Assembly: GCA_051294905.1 (NCBI GenBank)
Contig: CM119372.1
Location: 18,230,001 to 18,294,000 of the forward strand
Source of the DNA: Botryllus schlosseri
Taxonomy: Eukaryota
DNA length: 64,000 nt
Direction of reading: 5' to 3'
Translations under genes and position numbers: made by a program
The notes under the pieces: generated by a model
Databases searched by the model: none
What the model was told of the DNA's origin: nothing
The model's input: only the letters and a program-made list of their open reading frames with translations
Part shown: piece after piece, positions 12,609 through 25,136 of the stretch
Layout of the letters: each line of letters begins with the position of its first letter
Position numbering within the stretch: the stretch's first letter is position 1

Positions 12609-13825
12609 TAGGGGATGGTGTGAACCTCTGAAAGGTTCGGATTCGTGTGAACGCGAACCTTTTTGAAAGGTTCTGTGTGAACGCGAACTTGAACGTCATA
12701 TTGCTAATTCCAACCTTACATTTCTCTGAAGTGATATATTAATGTACACGATACCTGGCGAAGACTCGGGCCACAAAATGTGGGGTTATCATACGGGAGG
12801 AGGAGAAGGATAAGTTCTCATTTTTCAGGTTTTTGAAAATGTCCTCCGAGGACGCCTAAATGTCCTCCTTTTAAAGTGTGTAAATCGGGAGTCGAACGAT
12901 AGTGATGACCTTTTTATCAGTCAACTCACCCAATTCCACAGCAAAAATAGCGAAATCGGCTGTTTTCAGTCTGGATCAACTGACTTTTCTGATTTGGTAA
13001 ATGTGTCCTCCTTTCCCTATTCCAAAATATGGTAACCCTAACATAATGCCACAATGCTGAAGTACATTTTGACTTCTGAAACGTCGCCAAATGTATCAAC
13101 TGGGGCAATCAAATGATATAACAATCCCACAAAATCAATATCTTCCGTCGCTTTGCCAACAATTTCGACGAGGACTTGCAAAGGAATATAAGCTGACGCC
13201 TTAACGGTCTCCGTCTAGGCCAGACCGGACAATGTGTTCGGCGTCTGAGCTGAGTGTTGCTAAGTTGATATTGAGCAGAGGGTAAAACGGGTTTCTATAC
13301 TTGCTACAGATATTACCCCTTTAACAAGTTATACAGCAGTAGCCAACACCCCAATCGCACGGTTTTGGTTTTTATGATACAATCGAGATGGGCCCCGTAC
13401 GCTTGCTAGATTTTTTACATCAGACAACGTTATCAATTTCATTGATTGGTTGAATATGCATCATTCGTTGACTACCTACATGTAGCGTACTTCGCTCTTG
13501 ATGTTGTGTGATTGCGGGTCAAGCTCACAGCCGAAAGTCACTAAATATTCCCAAACGGAAAGATGGATATTTCGAGCAAACTTCTGTAACAAAGCAAGTA
13601 AAATTTTTGAGATTTTCAAGGTGCCAGCGCCATGTATAGAGTGGCCCGCAGTTAAAATGCAATAAATTTCAACCAAAGATATTATAATGACGTGAAAATT
13701 GTAATATATGAAAAAGGTTCATAGTGCAGAACCTTTACCGAGGTTCGTTCGTGAACGTGAACCTCTAAATTTCCGAGGTTCACACACAGAACGCGAACGT
13801 GAACCTCACGTTCACACCATCCCTA
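12609..13825. mobile_element. hAT-type MITE (TIR TAGGG(G)ATGGTGTGAAC; internal GTGAACGCGAAC motifs)
   Basis: GGGATGGTGTGAAC...GTTCACACCATCCCTA, with CTGATTA on both flanks. A related fragment lies at ~44270-44340. Confidence 0.75.
12781..13040. mobile_element. Small MITE nested in the 12609-13825 MITE
   Basis: TGGGGTTATCATA...TATGGTAACCCTA; 8-bp TSD ACAAAATG/ACATAATG (7/8 match). Confidence 0.7.
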
Positions 13826-14414
13826 CTGATTACGTTCAACATATTCGCAAACCCCAGAATAAAGGCGAGCGACCCCCCCCGTTTTGAACCACTATCTTTG
13901 AATAAAGCATTTAAACGGCCTTAACGATCTCTAGGAATATACCGTTCTCCTATAATTGCGATTGCAATTAGGCTTATTCCAGTAAATGAAAGTTTTTATA
14001 TTTTATGGCAGTTTTTGCGAGGGTGGTAGTCTCCATATTAAAATCAATAAATGTGATAGTAAATCGCGCGCAGCGTGAAGAAAAATATCATGCATCAGCA
14101 TAAATATTCCCTAAACATATTGTTTTCATGCTGATTTACGAAAAATTTATGAGCCTACGTCAAAATTCCGGACATTTGGCATATTTTAGAAATTCCTCCC
14201 GGATGCTAGTTTCACCAGTGAAATTCCGGAAGTATGGCAACCCTATTCTAGGGCTGCCAAGTGTCCAGCACCGACTCCGTTAAATGGACACTTGGATGAC
14301 CCATGACAATGTATGCTCTATTCTTGTCTGAGCTGGCTGCCGTGAGGACGCAGAAATAAAGCTGTCTGAAAAACTATTGTGCATCTCTTGACATCGGCTA
14401 TATTAGGTCTTCCA

Positions 14415-15135
14415 CATATACATTGGGAGAAAATTGGGTACGAGAAGCTCAAACACGCATGTTCTATTAGTAGACCCAGAATCACCGGGTCAAATTTTTA
14501 TAACAATGCGGTGATGTGATAGATTCGACGCAGAGAAAACATAATTACAGATGGACTAACGCTGGTCGAGTTGTTTTATTGGGGGTTGTCGGAGTGAGGC
14601 AAGCAATATTCGCCCCTCTAGAGACATCAGTGGTGATATTGAAAATGAAAATGGAATATATGGCATTTGAGCAGCTATATAAATACAGCCCACCATTGAT
14701 TGAATCGAATTACTTCCCTGACATATTCAGTTGGTCATTAAATGCGACTATTGTCACATTCGATAAAGCCAGCCCTAACCCTGTGATCCCAGAAAATTAT
14801 TACCATTATATCCCATTCAGAATATACGTTGTGCCTGATTTTGCAATTCCTGTCAGGACGAAAGATGACGGGCGGATGGATAACATTGAACATAATGCGC
14901 GAAAGTCAAGCGATTGCTGTTTGTATCTTAGTCTGTCTTACGTGGACTCCTTTAGGTGATTTTATCATGTGAAATTGTTTCGCGGATTCAAAGATAGTAT
15001 AACACATCATCAAGTATGATGTAATTGCCGCAATTTCCCGATACGCAGTCACTGCAGTCGTTATGGATAAAGTGAGAGGAGGTTCACTAACAAATTCTAC
15101 TTAGCGATGCGCACCATTCTAAGCACCGACATAGG
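14415..15135. repeat. Dispersed ~0.7-kb repeat of unknown class (second copy ~50970-51680)
   Basis: Collinear diverged match from ATTGGGAGAAAATTGGGTAC to GCGATGCGCAC..TTCTAAGCACCGAC. It explains the similar ORFs 14516-14959 and 51138-51438. Confidence 0.85.
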
Positions 15136-16655
15136 TGATCTACCCGTCCTGGCGACAGGTGAGGCACTGCATCACTTGCCTCCCCTGACCGCACGTCATG
15201 GTACCTTCCATGACGTGATCTGCACAAACTCAAGAGTAGGCCTCTGATTGCCGTATGCCATGTGCATTGTGCACTGTGCAGTGAAGTTGCAGTCGTATGC
15301 AGTAATCAATTAAATTACTATGCCCGTCTGATGACACCCACTGAAGCAACAAGTGGCGTTTATATACGGACACATACTGTTGTATTATAAGCAACAGGGG
15401 TGGCCTTATGCCTTCACAGATCCCCAGCTCCACTTTCGCAGCAATGTTCAGGATAACTAAAATCTGTACAAAAAGACTCTGTATTATGTTGATTTATCAA
15501 GTAATTTCAGCTTTTTCCATTTTGAAAACTTAAGTGAAATGTTTTGCAACAAAACATGGTTATAATATGTCGTGTTCGTCAAATCATTTGGCGTGCCATG
15601 AAAAATCATCTTGCGTGCCACAAATGCAACGCGTGCCGGGGTTTGCCGAACCCTGGTGTAGTGGCAGACATACAGTATATCAGCCCTCTGAGCCTGCGAC
15701 AGGCTGAAAAAAAATGACGTCAAATTGACTTTCTGCTTTCTTTCGTTAATCAATCATCATATTTTCGTAATAACTGTTCGATTAGCGCGAGGCACGAGGA
15801 TAGTAATAAATACCATCATTACTGACTCACATTTGCAAGTTACTGTAACGCAAATTTTTACCCCTTGAAGGGTTATTCAAGTATGAACCGCAAAAGGTAT
15901 AATTTTGGGACGACAAGGTGCCAGAGCTATCTGTTAATATGTATGTAATACTTGTTGAAATTTATTGCAAAAAATTCTGCGATAGTTTTTACATATTGTT
16001 GTTGTGTTGGGTACTGTGTAGCCAATAAGCGAGACGAGCAGAAAATAGGGCTTTATCATGAGAATTCATGATAAGATTTGTCCGACTGGTTTTTCTGGAA
16101 AACATGGTCGAAGACCGCTGGGATGAACTAATGTAGGGGTGTGCAACTAGTGAGTTCAGGCCTATAAGACTCATTCATTTCGAGGTCAACCCCTACTGCG
16201 TCGGCCGTCGGGGACATGTAGATATAAAGTTTTGGCCAATAAACCGTTGATAAAATGCTGTGCCCAAAACATAAGAGAAGACAAAACCTCGGCCGAAAAT
16301 GACCGATGCTGGATGACCAAACCTTTCGATGTGGATATGGTCCGTTGTCGGCATCGAATAGTCCCGTTTTTGCAATCACAGTAGCAGGGCTGTGGAGTAG
16401 GAGTCAGAGTTGGGCTACTTATCGCCTAAAGAAGTCGGAGTCGTGAAACCTATGATAGTTGGAGGCGGAGTCGGAGTCGTGGAAAGAATACTGACTGGAG
16501 TCGTTGTCGGAGTTTGCAAAAATGACCCGACTCCGAGTCCGACTCGAACTTCTTCATTTTGAAAACAATTGCTTGCTAAGGTATCTTCATATTGCTAATA
16601 ATAATTAAAATAGGATTTTTATGTACCATCAATCACTGGTATTAGTAACGATATA

Positions 16656-17839
16656 CAGGGGTGGCCAACCATTTTGACCAAAGGGCCACATGAGATTTAC
16701 GAACAATTGCGCGAGCCACTTGAATGTTGATGACCTTTTTTAGTCTTCCGGTAGGAGCGAACCGGATTAGGTAACGGTGAAAACAATTCTTATAATAATA
16801 CGCATCAAAATCAATAGCAATTATGACATGATGACCCGGTGATCAACCACGCTATAGTAGAGCGCAGCGCGAAAATTTTTCAAAGTTATTGAATGAATTC
16901 GGTCAATAATAATGTTACTTGCAAATATTATGGGTCGCCTCATCTGCATACCCCTGGACTCATTTGACAAGGACAGGAGTATTCGGCGCTTGGACTTACA
17001 CATATCGAAGATATCGGCTAATATGCGAAATATTGTACTTACTGGTCATATACGATGGTCTACGAAAAATGCGGCTAGTCCCCTGGCTACGCCTATGCGT
17101 GGGAACTGATATTTTAGTCGTCAAAACCCCAAATTTCACGGACAGGCTAATCAAATTTTGGTTATTTGGTTTTGGTAATTTATTTTCTGGTAATATAAAT
17201 AATTTCTAGAATAACCCCCCGAGCCACTCAAAACCTTATCGCGGCCCACGGGTTGGCCGCAGGGTTGTAACCAAGTCACAAGTCAAACTCACTTTTATAG
17301 TTTTGACTCGAGTCAAGTCGAGTCAATTTCAATTCACCACCGAGTCAAGTCCCGAGTTCAAGTCAGCAATCAGAGGGTCGAGTTCGAGTCATGGTATTAT
17401 GACTCGAGTCCGAGTCTAAGTCATTGTGTTGACTGCTCAGTTTCCAGTTAAAGTCTTGTTAAACCCACTTTTTATAACTCTGTTTGGTGATATCGAATGT
17501 TTCGCATCAATTCCCTCACTATTAGCAGTTTCTGGTCGCATTTTCAAGTACAGGTACCAATAGACGAAATTCCGATAGTGTGGTTACTTTACTATTTTAC
17601 GAAATTACAATGAAATGTCGGTCTTGGCCGTCTGAGTCTCGAGTCATATAACTTGGTTCGAGTGATGCGCAGTGACTCAGGTGCAAGTCGAGTCAATACA
17701 CAGATTGACTCGAGTCGAGTCATTTCCAGATTTTCAGAAAATGACTCGAGTCAAGTCGAGTCTTCCGAAAATCGTGACTCGAGTCGGACTCGAGTCCAGT
17801 CATAACTCGAGTCATTACAACCCTGGTTGGCCGCCCCTG
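16656..17839. mobile_element. hAT-type MITE (CAGGGGTGGCCAACC...GGTTGGCCGCCCCTG) with its right TIR interrupted
   Basis: 15-bp TIR pair; no matching TSD seen. Confidence 0.65.
17260..17825. mobile_element. hAT-type MITE rich in GACTCGAGTC palindromes
   Basis: TIR CAGGGTTGTAA/TTACAACCCTG; perfect 8-bp TSD GTTGGCCG (17252-17259, 17826-17833). Confidence 0.92.
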
Positions 17840-19088
17840 GTCTAGGCTTTCACTTACTTCTCTCACTTGCCACTATTGGCAAACAATTGAGGTGGACAGT
17901 ATTCATTATTTTTAGACATGAAAGTGCAATTATATCGATAATATCTTTGCTATAAGGCAGTGGTCGGGAACCTTCTTCGTCAAAAGAGCCATGTTTACCC
18001 ATATTTTCAATCGTAATTCTGAGAGAGCCATATAAGGATTTCAAGCGACTCTTACGTCAATTGTGACGTCATCGTGATACGAAATCGAAGTTCCCTCCTT
18101 AGGATTCGCCATATGCACCATGTTTTCTGATCTAGAACACTGAGCGATGTTATAACGCCCACAATAATCAAGCCAGTTGCCCGACGTTCGAGCATGCGAC
18201 ACAATGAAAAACGACATAGTTAAGCATGGAATAATTTAGCTTAGCTACAGGGGTCGGGAACCTTTTGCAAGCTTCCTATCCGTCCAACATGCGCGACGGC
18301 AGCCATGACTCCCATGCTGTAATGACAGTCATGCACCGCCAAAACCTGGATAAAAACTTCAGCGATGGAGAATATGTTTACTGATATCATTTGGTTAACA
18401 ATACTTATCAATTATCAAATTCTTCGGCGGTAACATAAAGTTGCGCAACAAGCTCAGATTATAATGGCAATGCGAGCAAGCTACATTATGAACTGCAATG
18501 TGGATGGTTATGTTTGCAAGTAGACTATGTAATTGGTAATGTCACTTCCAATAGAGCTTGTTTCGTGTTGAGGACCAGGAAGACAACGTGGATTTAAAAA
18601 CTGCATGCATATACAATAGGGCTGTTCAAAATTAGCTTTTTTTCCTGAATCTTGATGGTTACGTGATTAAATCGTTAGGTTGCCTTAAAAAACGACGTAC
18701 ACCAAATTTTAATTCATTCCAACCAATAATCGCGGATTTCGTACAGCTTGAAAATTTTGAATTTACCGAAAGATGCAAAAAAATTTTTTTGTCAAATTTT
18801 TCTGTCAACCCCATGAAATTGTTGCGCTGTCTTCAAAGACGATGCAAAACAAATTTGACTCAATTCCAACCCATAGAAGCGGAGTTATTTGAGTTTTTCG
18901 ATGATAATTCTTGGATTATCCACCGATCGCCGCCAATGATTGTGATTGGTAAATGGTGATTTGATTGGCGGCGTGCGAAGGATTATTGCATCGGTCCGCC
19001 ATATCACCTCTCGTACGCACACGTCCCGGAACACTGAATCAAACATATGAGATTCTGATTGACCACGAGGTGTGCTGTCAGTCGAAAT

Positions 19089-20063
19089 TCATACGGCAAC
19101 ATTACTATTGTCAACGGTTAAAGCGTTTTTACGCAGACGGAAACACACACGGCACACTAAGCTTCTGCAATCACCAATTGTATAGATAATAACGAGTTGA
19201 TTAATAAATATATCAAAGTTTGTAAACGTATGTGCCAACAGCACCACATCCGTTAGCCTCCTGGGGATGATGAAAAATATCATATCGGTTATTACAATAA
19301 CAATCGATCCAATCAAAGATCGCTTTATCACCCGGGAAGTGCTCGAATAGTCATCTTGTGGCTCCGCTGTCGACGAGTCTCGCTGTTGCGCCCTTAATTC
19401 TGATTTTACCTTTGCCATTGGGTATATGAACAAAATGAGTAACATCACTTGTGCAGTCACTACAATCGCGAGTAGAACAAATTTTCTTGACGCATTCCAA
19501 TCTCGATACACGTCAGACTGGTTTTGAAATGGTATATATTGACAACCAGTAGGACCGGCACGGTACGTTTCTGGAAACCAGAAGCCAACGAGAAGTGCAA
19601 TGAATGAAACTACAATCCAAACGATGGAATATTTACTTATCATTTGCACCCATCTTGTTGTTAAAGTCTTCACGATGTACGCGGAATGGATTAGTCTTTG
19701 GCGGCACCACAGAAATGTGTAGATGCCCAACATACTGGTTCCAATCAAGCAATGTCCAACATCTGTTATCAGCTCACAGTCTCGTAATGCACGTGGATTG
19801 TATGACACGTGAAAAAGATAAATATACGGAATTAGCCGAAACCATCCCACGCCAATCGCTGCAAAACAAGCCATGAATATCTTTCCCTTTTCGCAGGAGA
19901 AATCCCATCGCCCACGCCTATATCCCAGGACTGCCATGAACGCTAAAATTCCGGTGGTGACAGCGAGAAGGCAGTACGTAGCTACTCCGCAGAATACCAC
20001 CTGCAAGTTCCATGCTCGAGCAGTCTCATTAAAATAACTATCACAGCTGGTAACATGCTCCAT
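19089..20063 (-). CDS. Intronless seven-transmembrane GPCR-like protein (324 aa from ATG 20063)
   Basis: About 7 hydrophobic segments, an N-terminal NET sequon, extracellular-loop Cys residues and a C-terminal Cys cluster. The FLWCRQR motif resembles, from recall, uncharacterised ascidian 7TM proteins. A pyrimidine-rich CAG acceptor lies just upstream at 20076-20078. Confidence 0.8.
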   Translation of the reverse strand: MEHVTSCDSYFNETARAWNLQVVFCGVATYCLLAVTTGILAFMAVLGYRRGRWDFSCEKGKIFMACFAAIGVGWFRLIPYIYLFHVSYNPRALRDCELITDVGHCLIGTSMLGIYTFLWCRQRLIHSAYIVKTLTTRWVQMISKYSIVWIVVSFIALLVGFWFPETYRAGPTGCQYIPFQNQSDVYRDWNASRKFVLLAIVVTAQVMLLILFIYPMAKVKSELRAQQRDSSTAEPQDDYSSTSRVIKRSLIGSIVIVITDMIFFIIPRRLTDVVLLAHTFTNFDIFINQLVIIYTIGDCRSLVCRVCFRLRKNALTVDNSNVAV

Positions 20064-20953
20064 CTCCAAAAATACCTGCGAACAACGAGACAACGAACGA
20101 ATTGTTCTTGAAATATTTTATCAGTCGGAACCACGTATATGTATTATATTCTCTAACCAATGCTAAATAAATGACGTCCTGTTTCGGTTGATGTTTCGGA
20201 CTAATGTCACGGTCGAATCCGGATGCTTTGCCACATTAGTGCAACGAGAATGACTATGGCATTATTACCACGATGATGCTTAGTCGATCGCTGTAAAATT
20301 GAGTAATCATAATCTTTTAACACTTGTAGATAAATTTTCGGCCCATAAATGCACGTACTTATTTCCACCCTGTATTGTTGAACTGCTCAGAATATATTCT
20401 GATCTCGCGTACAATTATCTTGGGACTCAAATGTCATTTGTGGTTTAATCAGGAATGACTTGTTAGTTATTGCTACTGCTGAAATAACGGTAATGTTCGA
20501 GAGAATACGGACGTATAGCATGTTACAGCTTGTATGGCTAATTGAACATACTGTGATTAGCACGGACCTCATCAATTACCTCGTGATCGGTCATTTCATC
20601 CTGGGTTGTTGTTGTTGTTGTTGTTGTTGTATAGTATTATGAAATACAGTGATCGGTTACTATGGCCTTTTACACCAAGTCTAAATTGTCTGGAAATTCG
20701 TTGCGGTTACAATTCTCTACCGACGAGGAGAACAAATTGGATCACAGGCAGTAGAATTCGGAGATAAGTTTGTGATCCAAAAACGAATATAGTTCGCAAT
20801 GAATCAAGTAGTGCTCGACCGTCTCGTCGATATCCCACGCCTCACATCCGATTCTGCGCAGTTGTCAATAGGGTCGGCAGTCGAACTCTGAGTTTAGTGT
20901 GTACTTTTTCGTTCTCGGAATTAGGTGTCAATGGCAGGGACTTGTTGCTAATG

Positions 20954-21891
20954 TAGGATTTCCATACGGCCGGAATTTCCCAGACATGTCCGGAATTTCA
21001 CTGAAAACTGCGTCCGCGGGAGGAAATTCTAAAACATGCCTAAATGTCCGGAATTTTGAAGGCTTAAAGTAGGCTCAAAATTTTTTCGTAAATCAAAATA
21101 AACAATATTATTTTTAAGCAGATTAATGCTATTTCAAATTTTTATTCGAGCCGGGCGCTATTTAGTGCAACTTATATCGATATTTATATGCAGACCACGC
21201 ACCACACACAAAAAATAAAAATAAATAACCATCATTTACTGAAATAAGTCTAATTGTAATCGCAATTATAAGACAACAATTCCTAGAGTTGATTAAGGCC
21301 GTTTGGATGCTTTAGTCAAAGACAGTTGTTCCAAGCCTGGGGGTCGTTTGCCTTTATTCCGCGGATCGAGAAGATGTTGGACGTTATCAGCTTCTAAAAT
21401 AGGCCGTGTGTAAGTTTGAGCAAGCTGACCTTTTTAGTAATCAGCCAATCAACCAGATGCATATAGTAAGCGCCAAGCAGTTGCATCGATTACCATATGG
21501 TGGGCCCAAGATCAGTGCTTTTTGGGAGAAAGGTGGCTGAAAAAATGTTGTTTCGGATCTGGTTACAACACACAATCAGATAACCTCACCGACTTGACAG
21601 TATGGCAGTACTGTCAAACACACAACCAGCGGACCGGTTACGGTCCGCCCAGACGATTTTATCCTGCCCGTGAAGAAATCTGTTGCAGACCTAAGCAATC
21701 GCCAGAGCGCACATTAGAGATGACCCGAATGAGAACCTATGTTCCACTTCACTCCTGTATACAGTCGATAGGCGAAGCTTTGCTAGTGTGACGTCACATT
21801 GACTGACAATGTGGTCAGACCCCATTGTAAAACTCGCTAGTAGGCGCTAACGAGTGTCCGGAATTTGAGCCACAAAAATATGGTAACCCTA
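20954..21891. mobile_element. hAT-type MITE (TAGGGTTACCATA family, CCGGAATTT motifs)
   Basis: TAGGATTTCCATA...TATGGTAACCCTA; perfect 8-bp TSD TGCTAATG. Related copies at 40850-41958 (opposite orientation) and ~12458-14244 (partial, interrupted). Confidence 0.9.
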
Positions 21892-22500
21892 TGCTAATGG
21901 CCATTAGAGTGAAGCCGTAACACCAATGTCGGATTGTTATAATGTGGCCTATGAACATATTCAACATTTTTTGTCCTGGCAGATCACACCATGTAACAAA
22001 ATTTTGTGAAAGTTTCAGTTAACTAAAAAATTTTATATAATGTGTTTTAGTATTCCCAGGGATATATAGAACTCCGGGATGGCTGACTTCATTTTGGCCT
22101 TTACCTAAGTAGGTCCAGAAAGTTACCTGCAATCTGCCTCGAAATATCCACTTTTCTGCAAGCTAGCGATACAGCTTTTTCTAGAATAACGATCCTCAAC
22201 CTTTTGCGGAATAGTTAGTAAGCTAGACGTTCTTCCCTCATCACAACCTTACTGCTGTATAGCCAACCTAGTAGAGTATGACACTGCTGTATAGCCAACC
22301 AAGTAAACTATGACAACTCTGAATTTCAGTAAATCATGAATATGTTTAATTTCTACACATATAATTTGCATCAGGCGATAAATAACAGGGTGAATAACGA
22401 ATAATATCAGTGTCTTCTACCTATTTACAAGCCATTGTCGGAAACCTTGCAGCTGGAAAGGGGGGGGGGTAATATGGTTGATTAAATTAACCGTTTCAAT

Positions 22501-23665
22501 CATAGGCGCCGAACGCTAATTTTCCTTAGGCATGCGAGTTCGATGACGTCACAAAGGAATGACGTCATGATCCGACGAAATTGATAATTAGGGATAATAC
22601 AGCATCAATTCATGAGGGTCAAGTGCCTGCATAAATGCCGATTATGCAATATCTTCGTGTTAACAAACTTGCGCGTATGATAAGCTTGTAAACGAGTCCG
22701 GAAGTGCTGTCAATTAGCGAGTCCCTGCCGCTAGCGAACAATTAAATACGGCGCTTATCAACGCGTATTACGTAACCTCGGCGACGATTTGCGCAAGGCA
22801 AAATGTCAGAGTAGTTATGGAATCTGTTCTATAATGGCACCGATTTCAGGTTGTTCAAACCTTTCTCGTCTTTTACAACCCAAGCCTTGACAGATGACAC
22901 ACATCTTCTGATGATTATGTTTAGGTATTAGCGGAATTCACTTACGCATGCACGGTGCACTCACAATCGCACATGTCTGCGGACATTCGATCTTCGATGT
23001 CATTCAGGCCAGCGATGTCGCTGTTTAATTACAATCGCTAACCAACAAACACCTAACGGCATTGTCACCAAACCATCGAAAGATTGGAGCTAACGAATGC
23101 TAGGCTCGAGAGATGGGAGCCAACGCATGCTCGGCTCTAGACGCGATAGTAGGCCAGCGATGATACCTTTTGTACCAGCCCTGTTGCAGATGCGATTGTG
23201 TAGGCAAGCGATAATATCGTGTGCGCCAATGCAGATGCGATAGTGCAGACAGCGATGTTATTGCTGATGTGATTGTTAATCGTGCTCAAGCGAGTGAAAC
23301 TAGGCCTGTCGGAGACGCGATAAAGCAGGCAAGCGTCCCAAGCGATGATTGTCGAGCGCACGGCAATCAATGACACAATTTCGCGATCATCTCAGCGGGA
23401 GATCGCGTCGCGTTACATTGTGCACAGACAAATCTCGGTAATTGGCAACGCGCTTGTAGCTAATTGGCCGCGCGGAACTGGTTACCTCGCTCACATATGC
23501 AGTAGCAGGTAATGTCGTAAACGGAAATACATTGCGATTCGTTCTAAATAACACAATCGGGGTTTATGCCGATTCATGCCAAACCGAATTCTAGGCATGC
23601 CGCATGCCTAAAAAAATGTCTAGGCATGCCTGGCATGCCTTGCATGCCCAGGTTCGGCGCCTATG
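22501..23665. mobile_element. hAT-type MITE nested in the 22057-27166 element
   Basis: TIR CATAGGCGCCGAAC/GTTCGGCGCCTATG; perfect 8-bp TSD GTTTCAAT. Confidence 0.92.
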
Positions 23666-23700
23666 GTTTCAATTAGCGTTAATCGACAATTACCATGGAG

Positions 23701-24099
23701 TATAGGGTTGCATTTAAAACAAACATGTTTAAAACCAGGCCCTTGTATAAAACATACTTTTTTAAGCCATGACGTCAAGAATATTCAATAGTGACGTCAT
23801 ATTGGATTGACATTGACAATTGGAAATATAGTGTAAATATAGCTCCTTTGACGAAATATCTGTGCTATTGCTGTTGAACCGACTATTTTGAGGGTTCCAG
23901 CCATCCCATATCGATATTAGTCGGCTATATCGGGTGGTAATCGTCCGTAGGCTCATACAACACGTATTTTGGGAAGTATTTAGACAATTATGGCATAATT
24001 TTACAACTTAAAAAGATTTTTTTTCAAAAGGCCTTTGTTTAAAACACTGTTTAAAGCATGTTTTAAACATAGTGTTTGTTTGTTTTAAATGCACCCCTA
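23701..24099. mobile_element. hAT-type MITE nested in the 22057-27166 element
   Basis: TAGGGTTGCATTTAAAACAAACA...TGTTTGTTTTAAATGCACCCCTA; 8-bp TSD CCATGGAG. Confidence 0.88.
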
Positions 24100-24182
24100 C
24101 CATGGAGGCTTTCCAATAACAAAAAGATAGCACGGCCTGTAAGGACTCGAAATTGTGATAGCAGCATTGTCAGCTTCAATTA

Positions 24183-25136
24183 CTTCGTTTCCATGCTCGG
24201 CCGACGGTCGGCCGAAAGGCCATGACGCATGCGTTGTACATGTCGGCCGTGTTTCCATGACTGGGCGTAATCCGACCGTGACTTTGCCGAACTAGGTGGG
24301 CGAAGCGTTCGCGATAAAGTTTTTGGCTTGCTTACTAAGTAATAATTTCATAATAATCACAGGATTGCGATAAAATGCCTCGGGAGGAATGAGCCGAGAT
24401 GACTTGTAGCGGTCATTCAATCAAACAACACGCTTTGACCTTGAACACGTCGGCCTAAATCCATCCAACATGTAAAATGGTCATGATGAACAGAAGATAA
24501 AATAAAATGGAAAAAAGATGAAAATTGGTGGCATATCTTAGTATGTGGGGGATATAGATATTCTATGGGATATCGGGGTCCAATAATTTCGAGCGCAGAA
24601 TAATAACTTGTCCAGTAGTCTACCGGTACTACTGTTTCGTCGTCATGATCCACACATGAACTTCCAGTGTCCTGTTGATGATTTGCTTACAAGGGGAATG
24701 TGAATAAGATCACCTAGTTTGTGGTCAAAATGTACAGTTTGTGTTGTACCCATGCACCAGAACACAAACCCTCGAATTGTGGCAGCAGCGTACGTGATCA
24801 GATCGCGAAGATTTCGGTAGCCTACGGGTAATTCGTAGCAGTACCGGTACTACTTTATTCCATTGCAATCATAATTAAATTCCGGGGTTTTCAACGCGTC
24901 CAAGATCCGTCCGGAGTGCAGCCATAGTTAATTTTATACGAAAAGCGTATTGTAAGTAGCGAATGAATACCAATTCGCTAGTCGAGGACACAGCGCAAGT
25001 ATGGCCGAAGGGCTAAGCCGAAGCTTTCATTCGTCGGCCGACGTGGGTGTGCAATCTGTGAATGCGCAACAAAATTCTCTCGTTCGTCGAGCGAGTCTCT
25101 CGAAAAGAGGCCCATCGGCCGAGCATGGAAACGAAG
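24183..25136. mobile_element. MITE with TA flanks nested in the 22057-27166 element
   Basis: TA|CTTCGTTTCCATGCTCGGCCGA...TCGGCCGAGCATGGAAACGAAG|TA. Confidence 0.8.

Noticed and set aside
14516..14959. 147-aa CDS
   Set aside because: It lies in a dispersed repeat whose second copy is frameshifted; non-ATG start.
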